A stretch of DNA of 63,893 nt, filler included, from Mycoplasmatota bacterium (GTDB taxonomy: Bacteria > Bacillota_I > Bacilli_A > RF39 > UBA660): assembly GCA_012727915.1 (NCBI GenBank). It is 9 parts of 9 records of this genome, joined end to end, with 100 filler letters (N's around TTAATTAATTAA, not from the genome) between each part and the next. Parts side by side here need not be neighbours in the genome. Positions count along the whole stretch, not along the records: positions 5,657 to 20,774 come from JAAYGD010000072.1; 8 more parts are not named here. One strand, written 5' to 3'. The notes beneath the pieces were generated by a model. It did no database searches and was not told the DNA's origin. It saw only the letters and a program-made list of their open reading frames with translations. Positions 10,081-20,874 of the stretch are shown in pieces. The number at the start of each line of letters is the position of its first letter. Within the stretch, counting starts at the first letter, position 1. The position numbers and the translations under genes were made by a program.

Positions 10081-12318
10081 CTATTTATCATCTTTTTTAT
10101 CTTTTCTAAAAGGTAATTTAGATTTTTTTGGTTTTTCTTTTTCTTTAGTTTCTTCAACAATAGGTGCTTCTTCCTTTTTTTCTTCTTTAACTAAAGCATC
10201 TTTTCTTGATAAATTTAATCTTCCTTTATTATCAAATCCTAATGCTTTAACTAAAATTTCATCTCCTACTGATACTATATCTTCAGTCTTTTCAACTCTC
10301 TTATTATCTAGTTGAGAAATATGTACTAAACCTTCACAACCTTTCCATAATTCTACAAAGCATCCAAATGCTTCAACTTTTACTACTTTTCCAGTATAAA
10401 TTTTACCATCTTCAACTTCTCTTATTATAGATTCAATCATTTCTTTTGTTCTATTTATAACATTAATATCTTTATGATAAATTAATATTCTACCATCATC
10501 TTCTAAATCAACTTTAACAGCATTAATATCATTTACTGATATGACATTACTAGCTTCTTGAATGATTTTAGTAATCATTTCTCCGCCTTTTCCAATTATA
10601 TCTTTAATTTTATCTGGATTAATATGCATTTGTACTATCTTAGGAGCATATTTGCTTAATTCTTTTCTAGGACTGTCTATAACAGTACTCATTAAATCTA
10701 ATATTTGCATTCTAGCTTCTTTAGCTTGATCTAATGCTTTTTTCATTATCTCTTTTGTAATTCCTTTAATTTTTATATCCATTTGCATAGCGCATATACC
10801 TTTTTTAGTGCCTGCAACTTTGAAATCCATATCTCCTAGATGGTCTTCAAGTCCTTGAATATCAGTTAATATTGTATATTTTTTTCCATTTGCTAATAAT
10901 CCCATTGCAATACCTGCTACTGGTGCTTTAATTGGAACTCCAGCTGCCATTAAAGATAAACATCCAGCACATATTGATGCTTGAGATGATGAACCATTAG
11001 ATTCTAATATTTCTGATACCACTCTAATTGTATAAGGAAATTCCTCTTCACTTGGAATAACTTGCAATAATGCTCTTTCTCCTAATGCTCCATGTCCAAT
11101 TTCTCTTCTTCCAGGATTGCCATATCTTCCAGTTTCTCCAACAGAGAATTGAGGGAAATTATAATGTAACATAAATCTTTTAGAATCTTCTACTCCTAAA
11201 CCATCAAGTATTTGATTATCAGTCAAAGAACCAAGTGTAGTAATACTAAGTGCTTGTGTTTGACCTCTAGTAAATAATGCAGAACCATGTGTTCTTGGCA
11301 AAATATCAATAGCTGCTGACAAAGGTCTTATTTCATTTTCTTTTCTTCCATCAGGCCTAATTTTTTCATCAACCACTAATTTTCTAAATTCTGTTTTTTC
11401 TATATTAGATAATATTAATTTTATCTTTGTAAGTAATACTTCTAATTCATCATGTTCCATGTTATGATTTTGATCTTCAAAATGTTTTACTATTTCTTCT
11501 TTTAATGATTCAATAGCTTCATATCTTTCTAATTTATCCTTTATTTTTATAGCTTCTGACATAGCTTCTTTACATAATGATTCAACACCTTTTATTAAAT
11601 CATTTTGTAATTCTAATTTTTCATAAGCCATCTTTTCTTTGCCTATTTCATTTATTATTGTTTGTTCAAATTTAACTAATTCCTTAATTGCATCATGACC
11701 AAACATAATAGCATCTAACATATCTTTTTCAGATACTTCTTTACTACCTGATTCAACCATGTTTACTGCATCTGAACTACCTGCTACAGTTAAATCAATA
11801 TCACTTTTTTCTATTTCTTCGTTTGTTGGATTTATTATAAATTTACCATCTACTCTTCCAACTTTTACACCCGCAATTGGTGCATCAAATGGTATTTCAC
11901 TAATACATGTTGCAAGTGATGAACCAAATAATGCAGTCATTTCAGGAGTATTATCTTGATCAACTGATAAAACTTCATTTACAACATCAACTTTATTTCT
12001 AAAGTCTTCTGGAAACATAGGTCTCATTGGTCTATCTATCATTCTTGCACCTAATGTAGCATTCTCAGTTGGTCTTCCTTCTCTTTTTATAAATCCTCCA
12101 GGAATTTTCCCTACAGCATATTGTTTTTCCATATATACAACTGTTAAAGGAAAGAAATCCGACAGTATGTCACACTCTTTTGATACAACAGCAGTACTTA
12201 ATATTACTGTTTCTCCATATCTTACTAAAACAGATCCATTAGCTTGTTTTGCTAATTCTCCGTGTTCAACTATTAATTCTCTTCCCCTAAAATCTAATTT
12301 AAATATTTTTTTATCCAT
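10081..12318 (-). CDS. pnp: Polyribonucleotide nucleotidyltransferase
   Basis: [38 protein letters not shown] and S1 domains. Confidence 0.98.
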   Translation of the reverse strand: MDKKIFKLDFRGRELIVEHGELAKQANGSVLVRYGETVILSTAVVSKECDILSDFFPLTVVYMEKQYAVGKIPGGFIKREGRPTENATLGARMIDRPMRPMFPEDFRNKVDVVNEVLSVDQDNTPEMTALFGSSLATCISEIPFDAPIAGVKVGRVDGKFIINPTNEEIEKSDIDLTVAGSSDAVNMVESGSKEVSEKDMLDAIMFGHDAIKELVKFEQTIINEIGKEKMAYEKLELQNDLIKGVESLCKEAMSEAIKIKDKLERYEAIESLKEEIVKHFEDQNHNMEHDELEVLLTKIKLILSNIEKTEFRKLVVDEKIRPDGRKENEIRPLSAAIDILPRTHGSALFTRGQTQALSITTLGSLTDNQILDGLGVEDSKRFMLHYNFPQFSVGETGRYGNPGRREIGHGALGERALLQVIPSEEEFPYTIRVVSEILESNGSSSQASICAGCLSLMAAGVPIKAPVAGIAMGLLANGKKYTILTDIQGLEDHLGDMDFKVAGTKKGICAMQMDIKIKGITKEIMKKALDQAKEARMQILDLMSTVIDSPRKELSKYAPKIVQMHINPDKIKDIIGKGGEMITKIIQEASNVISVNDINAVKVDLEDDGRILIYHKDINVINRTKEMIESIIREVEDGKIYTGKVVKVEAFGCFVELWKGCEGLVHISQLDNKRVEKTEDIVSVGDEILVKALGFDNKGRLNLSRKDALVKEEKKEEAPIVEETKEKEKPKKSKLPFRKDKKDDK

Positions 12319-12356
12319 AATTATCTCCTTAATAATATATTTTTTATTATCCCTTA

Positions 12357-12382
12357 AAAAAAGGCACTCAAAAGAATGCCTA
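12357..12382 (-). terminator. Terminator after rpsO
   Basis: Minus strand AGGCATTC-tttt-GAGTGCCT followed by a T run. Confidence 0.75.
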
Positions 12383-12649
12383 CTTTCTTAATTCTAATTT
12401 TTTAATCAATTCACGATATGATTGAACATTGTTTTTCATTAAATAATTTAATAAATATCTTCTATGTCCAACTTTTTTTAATAATCCTCTTTTTGAATGA
12501 TTATCTTTTTTGTGAATTTTTAAGTGTTCAGTTAATTCATTAATTTCTTTTGTAAGAATTGCTATTTGAACTTCAGTTGAACCTGTATCTTTTTCATTCT
12601 TCCCAAATTTTTTAATTAACTCACTTTTTTCTTCTGTACTTAAAGCCAT
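12380..12649 (-). CDS. rpsO: 30S ribosomal protein S15
   Basis: [13 protein letters not shown]...[16 protein letters not shown]. Confidence 0.98.
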   Translation of the reverse strand: MALSTEEKSELIKKFGKNEKDTGSTEVQIAILTKEINELTEHLKIHKKDNHSKRGLLKKVGHRRYLLNYLMKNNVQSYRELIKKLELRK

Positions 12650-12671
12650 TTTTTCCTCCTATATATTAATT

Positions 12672-12725
12672 TAATCCAAATTCTAAGTATAAGTTGGAGA
12701 TTCTAAATACTTGGAATCGGTCTTT
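12672..12725 (-). ncRNA. Putative S15 autoregulatory leader RNA
   Basis: Minus strand ATTCCAAGTAT...ATACTTAGAAT stem with inner element in the rpsO 5' UTR, resembling Firmicutes S15 leaders. Confidence 0.5.
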
Positions 12726-12766
12726 AATAATATACTATATAATGAAAAATTAATCAAGTTTTTTTG

Positions 12767-13690
12767 TTATATATTTTCACCAAATGAACTTGAAAATGAA
12801 ATAAAATCTTTATATTCTATATTAGGGTATAGTTCTTCAAATTGTTTTATTACATTATTCGCAACATTTAAAAGAACCGCAATAATTAAATAATCTTCCC
12901 AAATATGTACATCCATTGCTTCTTTTTCAGATAATATTGAAAAATCAACAATAAATTTTTTTAATCCCGCTATTTTTTTAGCTTCTTCAATAAATAAATT
13001 GTTATATCGAAAAAAAGTAGAAGACTCAATTTGTTTTGCAAGCGGTCTAACTTCAACCTTTATCCCTAATTTTTTATAATCTTCTTTGATTTTTGATTCA
13101 ATTATATTTTGGACGTTTTCTAAATTATTGTTTATATCATTATTTCCATTGGGGATTTCTAATATTTCTTCACAAAAACCATATTTTATCATTTTATTTC
13201 TTGTATGAGTTTCAATTTTCGAAAAAAGGTTGTAATACATAAATCTATTTCTTTCGAACCATTTATTTAATTCGTTTGATTCCAACAAATTGTTTTTACT
13301 TATGCTTTTAATTTCATGATACATTGTCTTTTCCATTTCGTCGGAAAATTCTATATTATCTATAAATTTTATAATAGTTTTTCTTTTTCCAAATATTGTT
13401 TTTGTATGATTAAATTCGACTTTTTTGTCTTTTATCCAAGATAAAATAAGTGCCCCGATCAAATTAGTTTCATAATTAACTATTCCAGTTTTTTTTGCAA
13501 TATCAGCTATAATAAATAAATCTTTATTACAAGGAATCTCTCTAAAATATTCAACATTTTTGAATAATTCTTGCATTTTTTTTATTCCCGCCTCATCAAC
13601 ATTCCTTGAATAGGATATATTAGTACCATACGTAACGTTATTTTTGTTGCTATTGCTTATGTTTTCAAAGTCTCCATCAAAATTATTCAT
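12767..13690 (-). CDS. DUF2207 C-terminal-like protein
   Basis: EYFREIP, LIGALILSW, IAGLKKFIVDFS, VHIWEDYLIIAVLL motifs; start moved to ATG after GAAGGAG. Confidence 0.65.
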   Translation of the reverse strand: MNNFDGDFENISNSNKNNVTYGTNISYSRNVDEAGIKKMQELFKNVEYFREIPCNKDLFIIADIAKKTGIVNYETNLIGALILSWIKDKKVEFNHTKTIFGKRKTIIKFIDNIEFSDEMEKTMYHEIKSISKNNLLESNELNKWFERNRFMYYNLFSKIETHTRNKMIKYGFCEEILEIPNGNNDINNNLENVQNIIESKIKEDYKKLGIKVEVRPLAKQIESSTFFRYNNLFIEEAKKIAGLKKFIVDFSILSEKEAMDVHIWEDYLIIAVLLNVANNVIKQFEELYPNIEYKDFISFSSSFGENI

Positions 13691-13730
13691 AATATAATCT
13701 CCTTCTAAAAAAATAATCAAATAAGTAATA

Positions 13731-14585
13731 TTATTCTTTATTGTTATTTAGCATTTTATATGGTTTTAAATAATCATCTTCTTTTTCATATATTGCAAGC
13801 AACAAATCATCATGATAAATTGCTACAAATTTCTTTATTTCATAAATGTCTTTAATCTTATTACCATTTATTACTTTTCTATATTCAATATCATCTACAT
13901 ATATTTTATCATAATTGCAAAAGAAATCATTCAAAGATATAATTTTATATTTATTATTTTCAATATCTTGTATAGTAAAACTGTTTTTTAAATTAAAATC
14001 TCCTTGTTTTGTTCTTATTAAAGAAGTCATAGTAGCATATGTATTTAATTCTCTACCAATATCTCTTATTAAACTTCTAATATATGTTCCTTTTGATACT
14101 TTGCATCTTAATTTTATTTCATCAGAATATTCTAACAGTTCCAATTCATATATATTTATTTCTCTTTTTGGTAATTCTATATCTATATTATTTCTAGCAT
14201 ATTCATATAACTTTTTTCCATCTATTTTAATAGCGCTATATTTAGGAACCTCTTGAATTACTTTACCTTTATATTTTTTTAATACTTCTAATAATACTTC
14301 TTTATTTACTTGATTATTAGATTCAAATAATTTATTACCAGTTATATCTAGAGTATCTGTTTCCATACCAAACTTAAAAGTTACTATATATTCTTTATTA
14401 TAGCCCGTAATAAGTTCAGATATTTTAGTAGCATTACCTATTGTTAATACTAATAAACCAGTAGCAATTGGATCTAATGTACCAGTATGACCAATTTTTT
14501 TAGTATTTAATATTTTAGATACTTTATTTACTACATCTCTACTAGTATAATCTATTGGTTTATTTATTAGTAATATTCCATTCAT
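13731..14585 (-). CDS. truB: tRNA pseudouridine(55) synthase
   Basis: KIGHTGTLDPIATG, YSAIKIDGKKLYEYAR, SKGTYIRSL. Confidence 0.97.
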   Translation of the reverse strand: MNGILLINKPIDYTSRDVVNKVSKILNTKKIGHTGTLDPIATGLLVLTIGNATKISELITGYNKEYIVTFKFGMETDTLDITGNKLFESNNQVNKEVLLEVLKKYKGKVIQEVPKYSAIKIDGKKLYEYARNNIDIELPKREINIYELELLEYSDEIKLRCKVSKGTYIRSLIRDIGRELNTYATMTSLIRTKQGDFNLKNSFTIQDIENNKYKIISLNDFFCNYDKIYVDDIEYRKVINGNKIKDIYEIKKFVAIYHDDLLLAIYEKEDDYLKPYKMLNNNKE

Positions 14586-15139
14586 TTTGTATCCTTTTTA
14601 AGCATATCAATTTTTTTAATGTTCTTATCAAAATTAATGACAATTGTTGTATTAGCGTATAATTGAATTATTGTTGTAATTCCCCATATAATTAAAAATG
14701 GTATAAACATACTTTCATCAATTAAAAATATTAATCCCATTACTATCGTAACAAATATAAAAGGAGTTTTAAACTTACCCATTTTAGTTGATTCTTTCCA
14801 ACAATTAATTTTATAAGATTTATATGAAACAATTATTGAAAATATAAATTCTATTATAATTAATACAATTAAATATTTATTTCCAGATATTATTAATGCA
14901 GTAGCTGACAAAAAAGTAAATAATTTATCTGATAATTGATCTAATTTTGCTCCCAATATACTTTGAGCTTTTAATTTTCTTGCTAAATAACCATCAAAAA
15001 AATCTGTAAGAGCTGCGCTAATTAATAATATTATTCCAAGTATATAATTTTTTTCAATTATTACAACAAATGAAATTATTGTTAATAATATTCTTAATGA
15101 AGTAATAATATTTGGAATATTTTTTTTCATATATATCAC
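14582..15139 (-). CDS. CDP-alcohol phosphatidyltransferase (PgsA-like)
   Basis: NIPNIIT..R, TDFFDGYLARK...GAKLDQLSDK signature. Confidence 0.9.
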   Translation of the reverse strand: MIYMKKNIPNIITSLRILLTIISFVVIIEKNYILGIILLISAALTDFFDGYLARKLKAQSILGAKLDQLSDKLFTFLSATALIISGNKYLIVLIIIEFIFSIIVSYKSYKINCWKESTKMGKFKTPFIFVTIVMGLIFLIDESMFIPFLIIWGITTIIQLYANTTIVINFDKNIKKIDMLKKDTK

Positions 15140-15174
15140 CTACTTATAATATATCATAAAAAAAGATAGTATAA

Positions 15175-15516
15175 CTATCTTTTTACATCATTTATCTCTT
15201 TAATTTTGTCTTCAATTTTTTTAGCATATTCAATAGATTCATCATATATAAATTCTAATTCTGGTAATACTCTCAAAGGTAGTTTTCTTTTATATAATTC
15301 TGATTTAATAAATCCCTTGCTTTTATTTAATTCTTTTATTGTATCTTTATTGTCATTCAAATTAATACAATATACTTTTGCATATTCATAATCTGAAGAT
15401 AAATTAACTGAAGTAACTGAAGTTCCTTGAATCACTTTATCTCTAACCTTATTATATAAAATATCATTTATTTCTTTCATAAGAAAAGAAGCAATTCTTT
15501 CTCCTTTTATTTTCAT
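15175..15516 (-). CDS. rbfA: Ribosome-binding factor A
   Basis: VTSVNLSSDYEYAKVY, LRVLPELEFIYDESIE; follows infB. Confidence 0.93.
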   Translation of the reverse strand: MKIKGERIASFLMKEINDILYNKVRDKVIQGTSVTSVNLSSDYEYAKVYCINLNDNKDTIKELNKSKGFIKSELYKRKLPLRVLPELEFIYDESIEYAKKIEDKIKEINDVKR

Positions 15517-17591
15517 TTTCTTTTAACCTCAACCATTTCATATGCTTCAATTATATCCCCTTCTTTTAAGTCATTGAAGTTATTCAAAGTAATACCACAG
15601 TCAAAACCTTGTTTTATTTCCTTAACCGTTTCTTTTTCTCTTTGAATAGCACTTATATTTCCATCATATATAATATCATCTTTTCTTTTTACTCTTACTT
15701 TTGAACTAGATTTTATTATTCCATCTTTTACTCCACATCCAGCAATAGTACCTACTTTTGAGAAAGTAAATAATTTTTTTATTTCTGCATGCCCTGTAAT
15801 AGATTCTTCAAATATAGGATCTAACATGTTTTTTAAAGATAATTCTAAATCTTCAATTACTTTATATATAATATTGTATTCTTTTATTTCTATCTTCTTT
15901 TCTTTAGCCATCTCTAAAGTATTAATAGAAGTTTTAATATTAAAACCAATTATTATAGAGTTTGTTGCACTCGCTAAAATAACATCACTTTCTGTTATAG
16001 GACCAGTTGCACTTCTTACAACATTTATTTTAATTCCTTCAATATTAATTTTTTCTAATGAATGTTTTACTGCTTCTTCAGAACCTTTTACATCAGCTTT
16101 AATAATTAAATTAATTTCTTTTTTATTATTATCTATAGCATTAAATAAATCTTCAATAGATTTTTCATCTTGATGAAAAGATTTGAATCTAGCTTTTTCA
16201 TTTCTTGTTTCTCCAATAACTTTAGCTTGTTTATCAGTTTCAAAAGCCATAAATTTATCACCAGCTGTAGGCATTCCATTTAATCCAGTTATTTTTACAG
16301 GAGAACTTGGTAGGGCTTCAACTATACTTTTACCTAAATCATCTTTTAATGTTCTTACTTTTCCATAAGTTGATCCCACTACAATAGGGTCTCCCAATCT
16401 AAGTGTTCCATTTTGTACTAATATAGTTACTGAAGGTCCAAGATTTTTATCTAAGTTAGCTTCAACTACAGTACCAAGAGCATATCTATTTTTATTCGCT
16501 TTTAATTCTTCCATTTCAGAAATCAATAAAATGTTTTCTAATAATTTATCTATGCCAGTTCCTTTTAATGCTGATACATTTACAAAAGAAGTATCTCCTC
16601 CCCATATATCAGGAGATAATCCATATTCTGATAATTCTTTCATAACTTTTTCTGGATTTGAATTTGGTTTATCTATTTTATTAACCGCTACAATTATAGG
16701 TACTTTAGCTGCTTTAGCATGATCAATTGCTTCTTTAGTTTGAGGCATAACCCCATCATCAGCAGCTACAACTATTATTACTATATCAGTAATAGATGCT
16801 CCTCTTGCTCTCATTTCAGTAAAAGCAGCATGACCTGGAGTATCTATAAATGTTATTTTTTTATTATTAAATGTTATTTGATAAGCTCCAATATGTTGAG
16901 TAATCCCACCTACTTCTCCTGATACAACATTTGTTTTTCTAATAGTATCCAATAATGTTGTTTTTCCATGATCAACATGTCCCATAATAGTTACTACCGG
17001 AGGTCTTTCTTCTAAGTCTTCTTTTATATCAGATATTTCTAATTTTTCAAAATTAGATTCATCTTGAGTTTCTTCTTTCTTTAAGTCTTTATCATAATCT
17101 ACCATTACTAATTCAGCATCTTCAAAAGATACTAAAGAATTAACATTTAACATTGCTCCAATACTCATAAATTTCTTTATTAAAGTAATAGGATTTTCTT
17201 GTAGTTGTTCCGCTAAAGATGATAATGTCATACCTTCTTTATAAACAATAATATTGTCTTGTTTATTTGGAATATTAGATATTAATTTTTCTTTGTTTTT
17301 ATACATTTCTTTTCTTTTAGCGCTATAATCTTCAGTACTTGAATAATCTTTTTTTGTAAATTTTTCTAATTTTATAGTATCATCAATCTTTTTATTAGCT
17401 AATTCTTCAACAATTTCCTCTACGATATCCTCTTCTTCATCAAAATTTAGATTGTTATCTAAATCTATAATGTTTTCCTCTGTTAGTTCATCATTTTCAT
17501 TGAATGCTGAAATACCAAGTTCTATACACTTGTCTAGTACTTCATTTATACTTTTTTTTACATCTACTGCGTAATCTTTTACGGTCATCAT
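15513..17591 (-). CDS. infB: Translation initiation factor IF-2
   Basis: RPPVVTIMGHVDHGKTTLLD, DTPGHAAF, NKID. Confidence 0.98.
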   Translation of the reverse strand: MMTVKDYAVDVKKSINEVLDKCIELGISAFNENDELTEENIIDLDNNLNFDEEEDIVEEIVEELANKKIDDTIKLEKFTKKDYSSTEDYSAKRKEMYKNKEKLISNIPNKQDNIIVYKEGMTLSSLAEQLQENPITLIKKFMSIGAMLNVNSLVSFEDAELVMVDYDKDLKKEETQDESNFEKLEISDIKEDLEERPPVVTIMGHVDHGKTTLLDTIRKTNVVSGEVGGITQHIGAYQITFNNKKITFIDTPGHAAFTEMRARGASITDIVIIVVAADDGVMPQTKEAIDHAKAAKVPIIVAVNKIDKPNSNPEKVMKELSEYGLSPDIWGGDTSFVNVSALKGTGIDKLLENILLISEMEELKANKNRYALGTVVEANLDKNLGPSVTILVQNGTLRLGDPIVVGSTYGKVRTLKDDLGKSIVEALPSSPVKITGLNGMPTAGDKFMAFETDKQAKVIGETRNEKARFKSFHQDEKSIEDLFNAIDNNKKEINLIIKADVKGSEEAVKHSLEKINIEGIKINVVRSATGPITESDVILASATNSIIIGFNIKTSINTLEMAKEKKIEIKEYNIIYKVIEDLELSLKNMLDPIFEESITGHAEIKKLFTFSKVGTIAGCGVKDGIIKSSSKVRVKRKDDIIYDGNISAIQREKETVKEIKQGFDCGITLNNFNDLKEGDIIEAYEMVEVKRK

Positions 17592-17609
17592 AGAGTATCA
17601 CCTCTTTCT

Positions 17610-17867
17610 TTAATCTATCATTTCTTTTAATTCTGCATATATTTCTTTTGGTATTTCTGCTTGTAAAGCTCTAGATAATTGATTTTCTTTTGAGGCTTTT
17701 TCAATAACATTAATATCCTTTTTAATATATGCTCCTCTTCCATTTAATTTTCCAGTAACATCTACTTTTATTCCTTCATTAGTTCTTACTACTCTAATTA
17801 ATTCTCTTTTAGGAAGTTTTTCTTTAGTTATTACACAACTTCTTAAAGGTATTTTCTTTTCTTTCAT
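17610..17867 (-). CDS. ylxR: YlxR/RnpM family protein
   Basis: KKIPLRSCV, KLNGRGAYI; position between nusA and infB. Confidence 0.93.
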   Translation of the reverse strand: MKEKKIPLRSCVITKEKLPKRELIRVVRTNEGIKVDVTGKLNGRGAYIKKDINVIEKASKENQLSRALQAEIPKEIYAELKEMID

Positions 17868-17875
17868 AAATCCCT

Positions 17876-18961
17876 CTATTCAAATTTAATATTTATTCCA
17901 TCTTTTCTCATATCTTCTGGTGTTTTAACATCAATTCTATATTTTGTTAAACGAGCCGCAAGTCTTACATTTTGTCCTCTTTTACCAATTGCTAATGATA
18001 ATTGTTCTCCTTCTGCAATAGCTATAGCTTGATTTTCATCAGGATTTAATATTAACACATTAACTTCTTTTGCGGGAGATAATGCATTTTTAATAAATGT
18101 AACTGGATCTTTATCATATAATACTATATCTATTTTTTCTCCATTTAATTCTTTTGTAATTCTATTTATTCTAGAACCTTTTTCTCCAATACATGCTCCA
18201 ATTGCATCTACTTTAGAATTATTTGATGAGACTGATATTTTACTTCTACTTCCAGCTTCTCTCGCTACTCCATGTAATTCTACTATTCCTTCTTTTAATT
18301 CTGGTATTTCTAACTCTAATAATCTTTTTACAAATCCATAATGTATTCTAGAAAGCAATATTAAAGGCCCTTTTCCAGAATCATCTATCTTTGTTACATA
18401 TACTTTTAAACTAGAACCTATATTTATAGTTTCTCCTGGAATGATTTCCGTTTTTGGAAGAATACCATGTGCTCTACCTAAATCTACATAATAATTTGCG
18501 CCATCTTCTCTTGATACTTGACCAATTAATAATTCATCTTGCTTTCCATTAAATTCCTCAATAATACTAGTTCTTTCTGCTTCTCTAATTTTTTGAATTA
18601 CTACTTGTTTAGCAGTCGAAGTTGCTACTCTTCCAAAATCTTTTGGTGTAACTTCTTCTTGAAAAGATTCTCCAACTTTTATATCAGGAACTTTTGTTTT
18701 TGCTTCTTTTAAAGTAATATATGAATCTTTTAATTCATCTTCTTCATTATCTGGTATTGATTTAACAACATTGAATACTCTATATACTTTAATATCTCCT
18801 GTATCTCTATTTAAATCAACTTTAACATTTGTTTTTGAATCAAAATTTTTCTTGTATGCAGATGCAAGCGCTAACTCCATTGCTTCAAAAATTATTTCTC
18901 TCGAAATTCCCTTTTCTTTTGATACTACATCAACTGCATTAATAAATTCTTTTCCGTCCAT
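17876..18961 (-). CDS. nusA: Transcription termination factor NusA
   Basis: FGRVATSTAKQV, AREAGSRSK, LSLAIGKRGQNVRLAARLT; start set at MDGKEF. Confidence 0.97.
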   Translation of the reverse strand: MDGKEFINAVDVVSKEKGISREIIFEAMELALASAYKKNFDSKTNVKVDLNRDTGDIKVYRVFNVVKSIPDNEEDELKDSYITLKEAKTKVPDIKVGESFQEEVTPKDFGRVATSTAKQVVIQKIREAERTSIIEEFNGKQDELLIGQVSREDGANYYVDLGRAHGILPKTEIIPGETINIGSSLKVYVTKIDDSGKGPLILLSRIHYGFVKRLLELEIPELKEGIVELHGVAREAGSRSKISVSSNNSKVDAIGACIGEKGSRINRITKELNGEKIDIVLYDKDPVTFIKNALSPAKEVNVLILNPDENQAIAIAEGEQLSLAIGKRGQNVRLAARLTKYRIDVKTPEDMRKDGINIKFE

Positions 18962-18963
18962 TG

Positions 18964-19206
18964 TTATCCTCTCTCCTTTGAACAAACATCTAAAATGTAT
19001 GCTTCTTTAATTAAATCCTCTTTATCCAATATTGGATTAATTATTTTTGTTACTTCAACACAATCTTTAGAAGTTATATATCCTTCTTTATCTATTATTA
19101 CTCTTAAATAATTCGCACCATCTTCTTTTAAATATTCTATATTATCTAAAATAATATTATTTTTTTCTAATTCTTTTATTATTAAATTTTTTATTTTGTT
19201 TTCCAT
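18964..19206 (-). CDS. rimP: Ribosome maturation factor RimP, N-terminal domain only
   Basis: LRVIIDK...DCVEVTKII...YILDVCS, first gene of nusA operon; only 80 aa. Confidence 0.8.
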   Translation of the reverse strand: MENKIKNLIIKELEKNNIILDNIEYLKEDGANYLRVIIDKEGYITSKDCVEVTKIINPILDKEDLIKEAYILDVCSKERG

Positions 19207-19221
19207 ATTCCTCCTAACCCA

Positions 19222-19250
19222 TATAAAAAGTGGGTCTTATGATCCACTTC
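19222..19250 (-). promoter_or_regulatory. Leader hairpin/attenuator upstream of rimP
   Basis: Minus strand AAGTGGATC-ataa-GACCCACTT plus T run, between a TGGTATAAT -10 and the RBS. Confidence 0.5.
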
Positions 19251-19338
19251 CCTGTTGACATTGACATTATACCACATTAAAAATAAAAATAAAAGATTAA
19301 TATCCATCTTTTTTTGTTATAATTGTTATGGAGGAAAC

Positions 19339-20007
19339 ATGAATAAATCTTACAAACATTTTTTATTTTTTGTTTTTAGCATTTTTTATCCTTATATTAT
19401 GTATATAATATTAGAAACTTTTATTAAAAACATATCAATACCTATTAATGCTTTTATAATGTTAACTGATATTTTATTTATATTAATAATATATTTTGTA
19501 TATAAAAAGGATATTATTTTAGAATGGAATATATTTAAGAAAGATTGGATTAATATTATAAAAAATAATGCAAGGTATTGGGGTTATGGATTAATAGCAA
19601 TGAGTTTTTTTAATCTATTAATTACTTTTTTTATTGCAAAAGATATTTCTGAAAATGAGAAATTAGTTAGAGAATTGTTAGAACAAATGCCTATTTTTAT
19701 GATAATTTCTACTGTCATAGTAGCTCCAATTACAGAAGAAATGATATATAGAAAATCAATAAAAGGCTTTATTAATAATAAATATTTTTATATGGTGATG
19801 AGTGGATTAATATTTGGATTAGCACATGTTATTAATTCTTTTAAAGATGTAACAGATTTTCTCTTTATATTGCCTTATGGAGCTTTAGGCTTTGTATTTG
19901 CGTATATTTATGATAAAACTAAAACAATATTTGCGCCTATTTCATTTCACTTAATTCATAATTTAATAATGGTAACATTAAGTATGTTGTTATCTTTAAT
20001 TGGTTAA
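19339..20007 (+). CDS. CPBP (CAAX protease-like) intramembrane metalloprotease
   Basis: APITEEMIYR, FGLAH, HLIHN motifs; start at ATG after GGAGG. Confidence 0.9.
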   Translation: MNKSYKHFLFFVFSIFYPYIMYIILETFIKNISIPINAFIMLTDILFILIIYFVYKKDIILEWNIFKKDWINIIKNNARYWGYGLIAMSFFNLLITFFIAKDISENEKLVRELLEQMPIFMIISTVIVAPITEEMIYRKSIKGFINNKYFYMVMSGLIFGLAHVINSFKDVTDFLFILPYGALGFVFAYIYDKTKTIFAPISFHLIHNLIMVTLSMLLSLIG

Positions 20008-20011
20008 TAAT

Positions 20012-20774
20012 ATGGAAGAAAATAAAAAGAAAATAAAATTTAAAATTATAGGATTTATATTTATAGGAATTACTTTAATAATTACTTATGGTTTTGTTTT
20101 GGGTATAAAAGGTTTAAAAATAAAAGAATATAACGTAATTGATAAAAATTTACCTATTTCTTTTTATGGATTAAAAGTTGTTCATTTTTCAGATTTGCAT
20201 TATGGAAGAATAGTAAAAGAAAAAAACTTAATAAAAATTATAGAAGAAATTAATAATTTAGAAGGAGACATTGTAATATTTACTGGAGATTTAATAGATA
20301 GAGATACAAAAATAAATTCTACTATTAAAAATGTTCTAATAGATAATTTGTCTAAAATTAAATCTACATATGGAAATTATTTTGTTGGTGGAAATCACGA
20401 TTTAGTAAAAAAAGATTTTTATGAAATAATGGAAACAAGTAATTTTAATAATTTAGAAAACAATAACGATATCATTTATAAAGATGATGATTCAATTTAC
20501 TTAACTGGAATACCATCTAGTGTAGAAAAAAATATTACTTTCAATCTAAATAAAGAGCTTCCTAAATACAAAATACTATTGATGCATGAACCAGATAATA
20601 TGAAATACATTAGTAAATATAATATGAACCTAGTACTTGCGGGGCATTCTCATAATGGTCAAGTAAGATTACCAATAATAGGAAAAATAATTACTCCAAA
20701 AGGCGCAAAAATATATTATGATGAATATTATAAAGTAAATAATACAAATTTCTATATTTCATCAGGATTAGGAA
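20012..20774 (+). CDS. Metallophosphoesterase (YkuE-like), 3'-partial
   Basis: SDLH, TGDLID, GNHD, HEPD, AGHSHNGQ. Confidence 0.9.
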
Positions 20775-20874
20775 NNNNNNNNNNNNNNNNNNNNNNNNNN
20801 NNNNNNNNNNNNNNNNNNTTAATTAATTAANNNNNNNNNNNNNNNNNNNNNNNNNNNNNNNNNNNNNNNNNNNN
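20775..20874. other. Artificial contig linker
   Basis: N/TTAATTAATTAA/N spacer. Confidence 0.99.

Noticed and set aside
19339..20007. CPBP/Abi protein as a phage abortive-infection system
   Set aside because: Abi is a historical label for this protease family; the context is housekeeping
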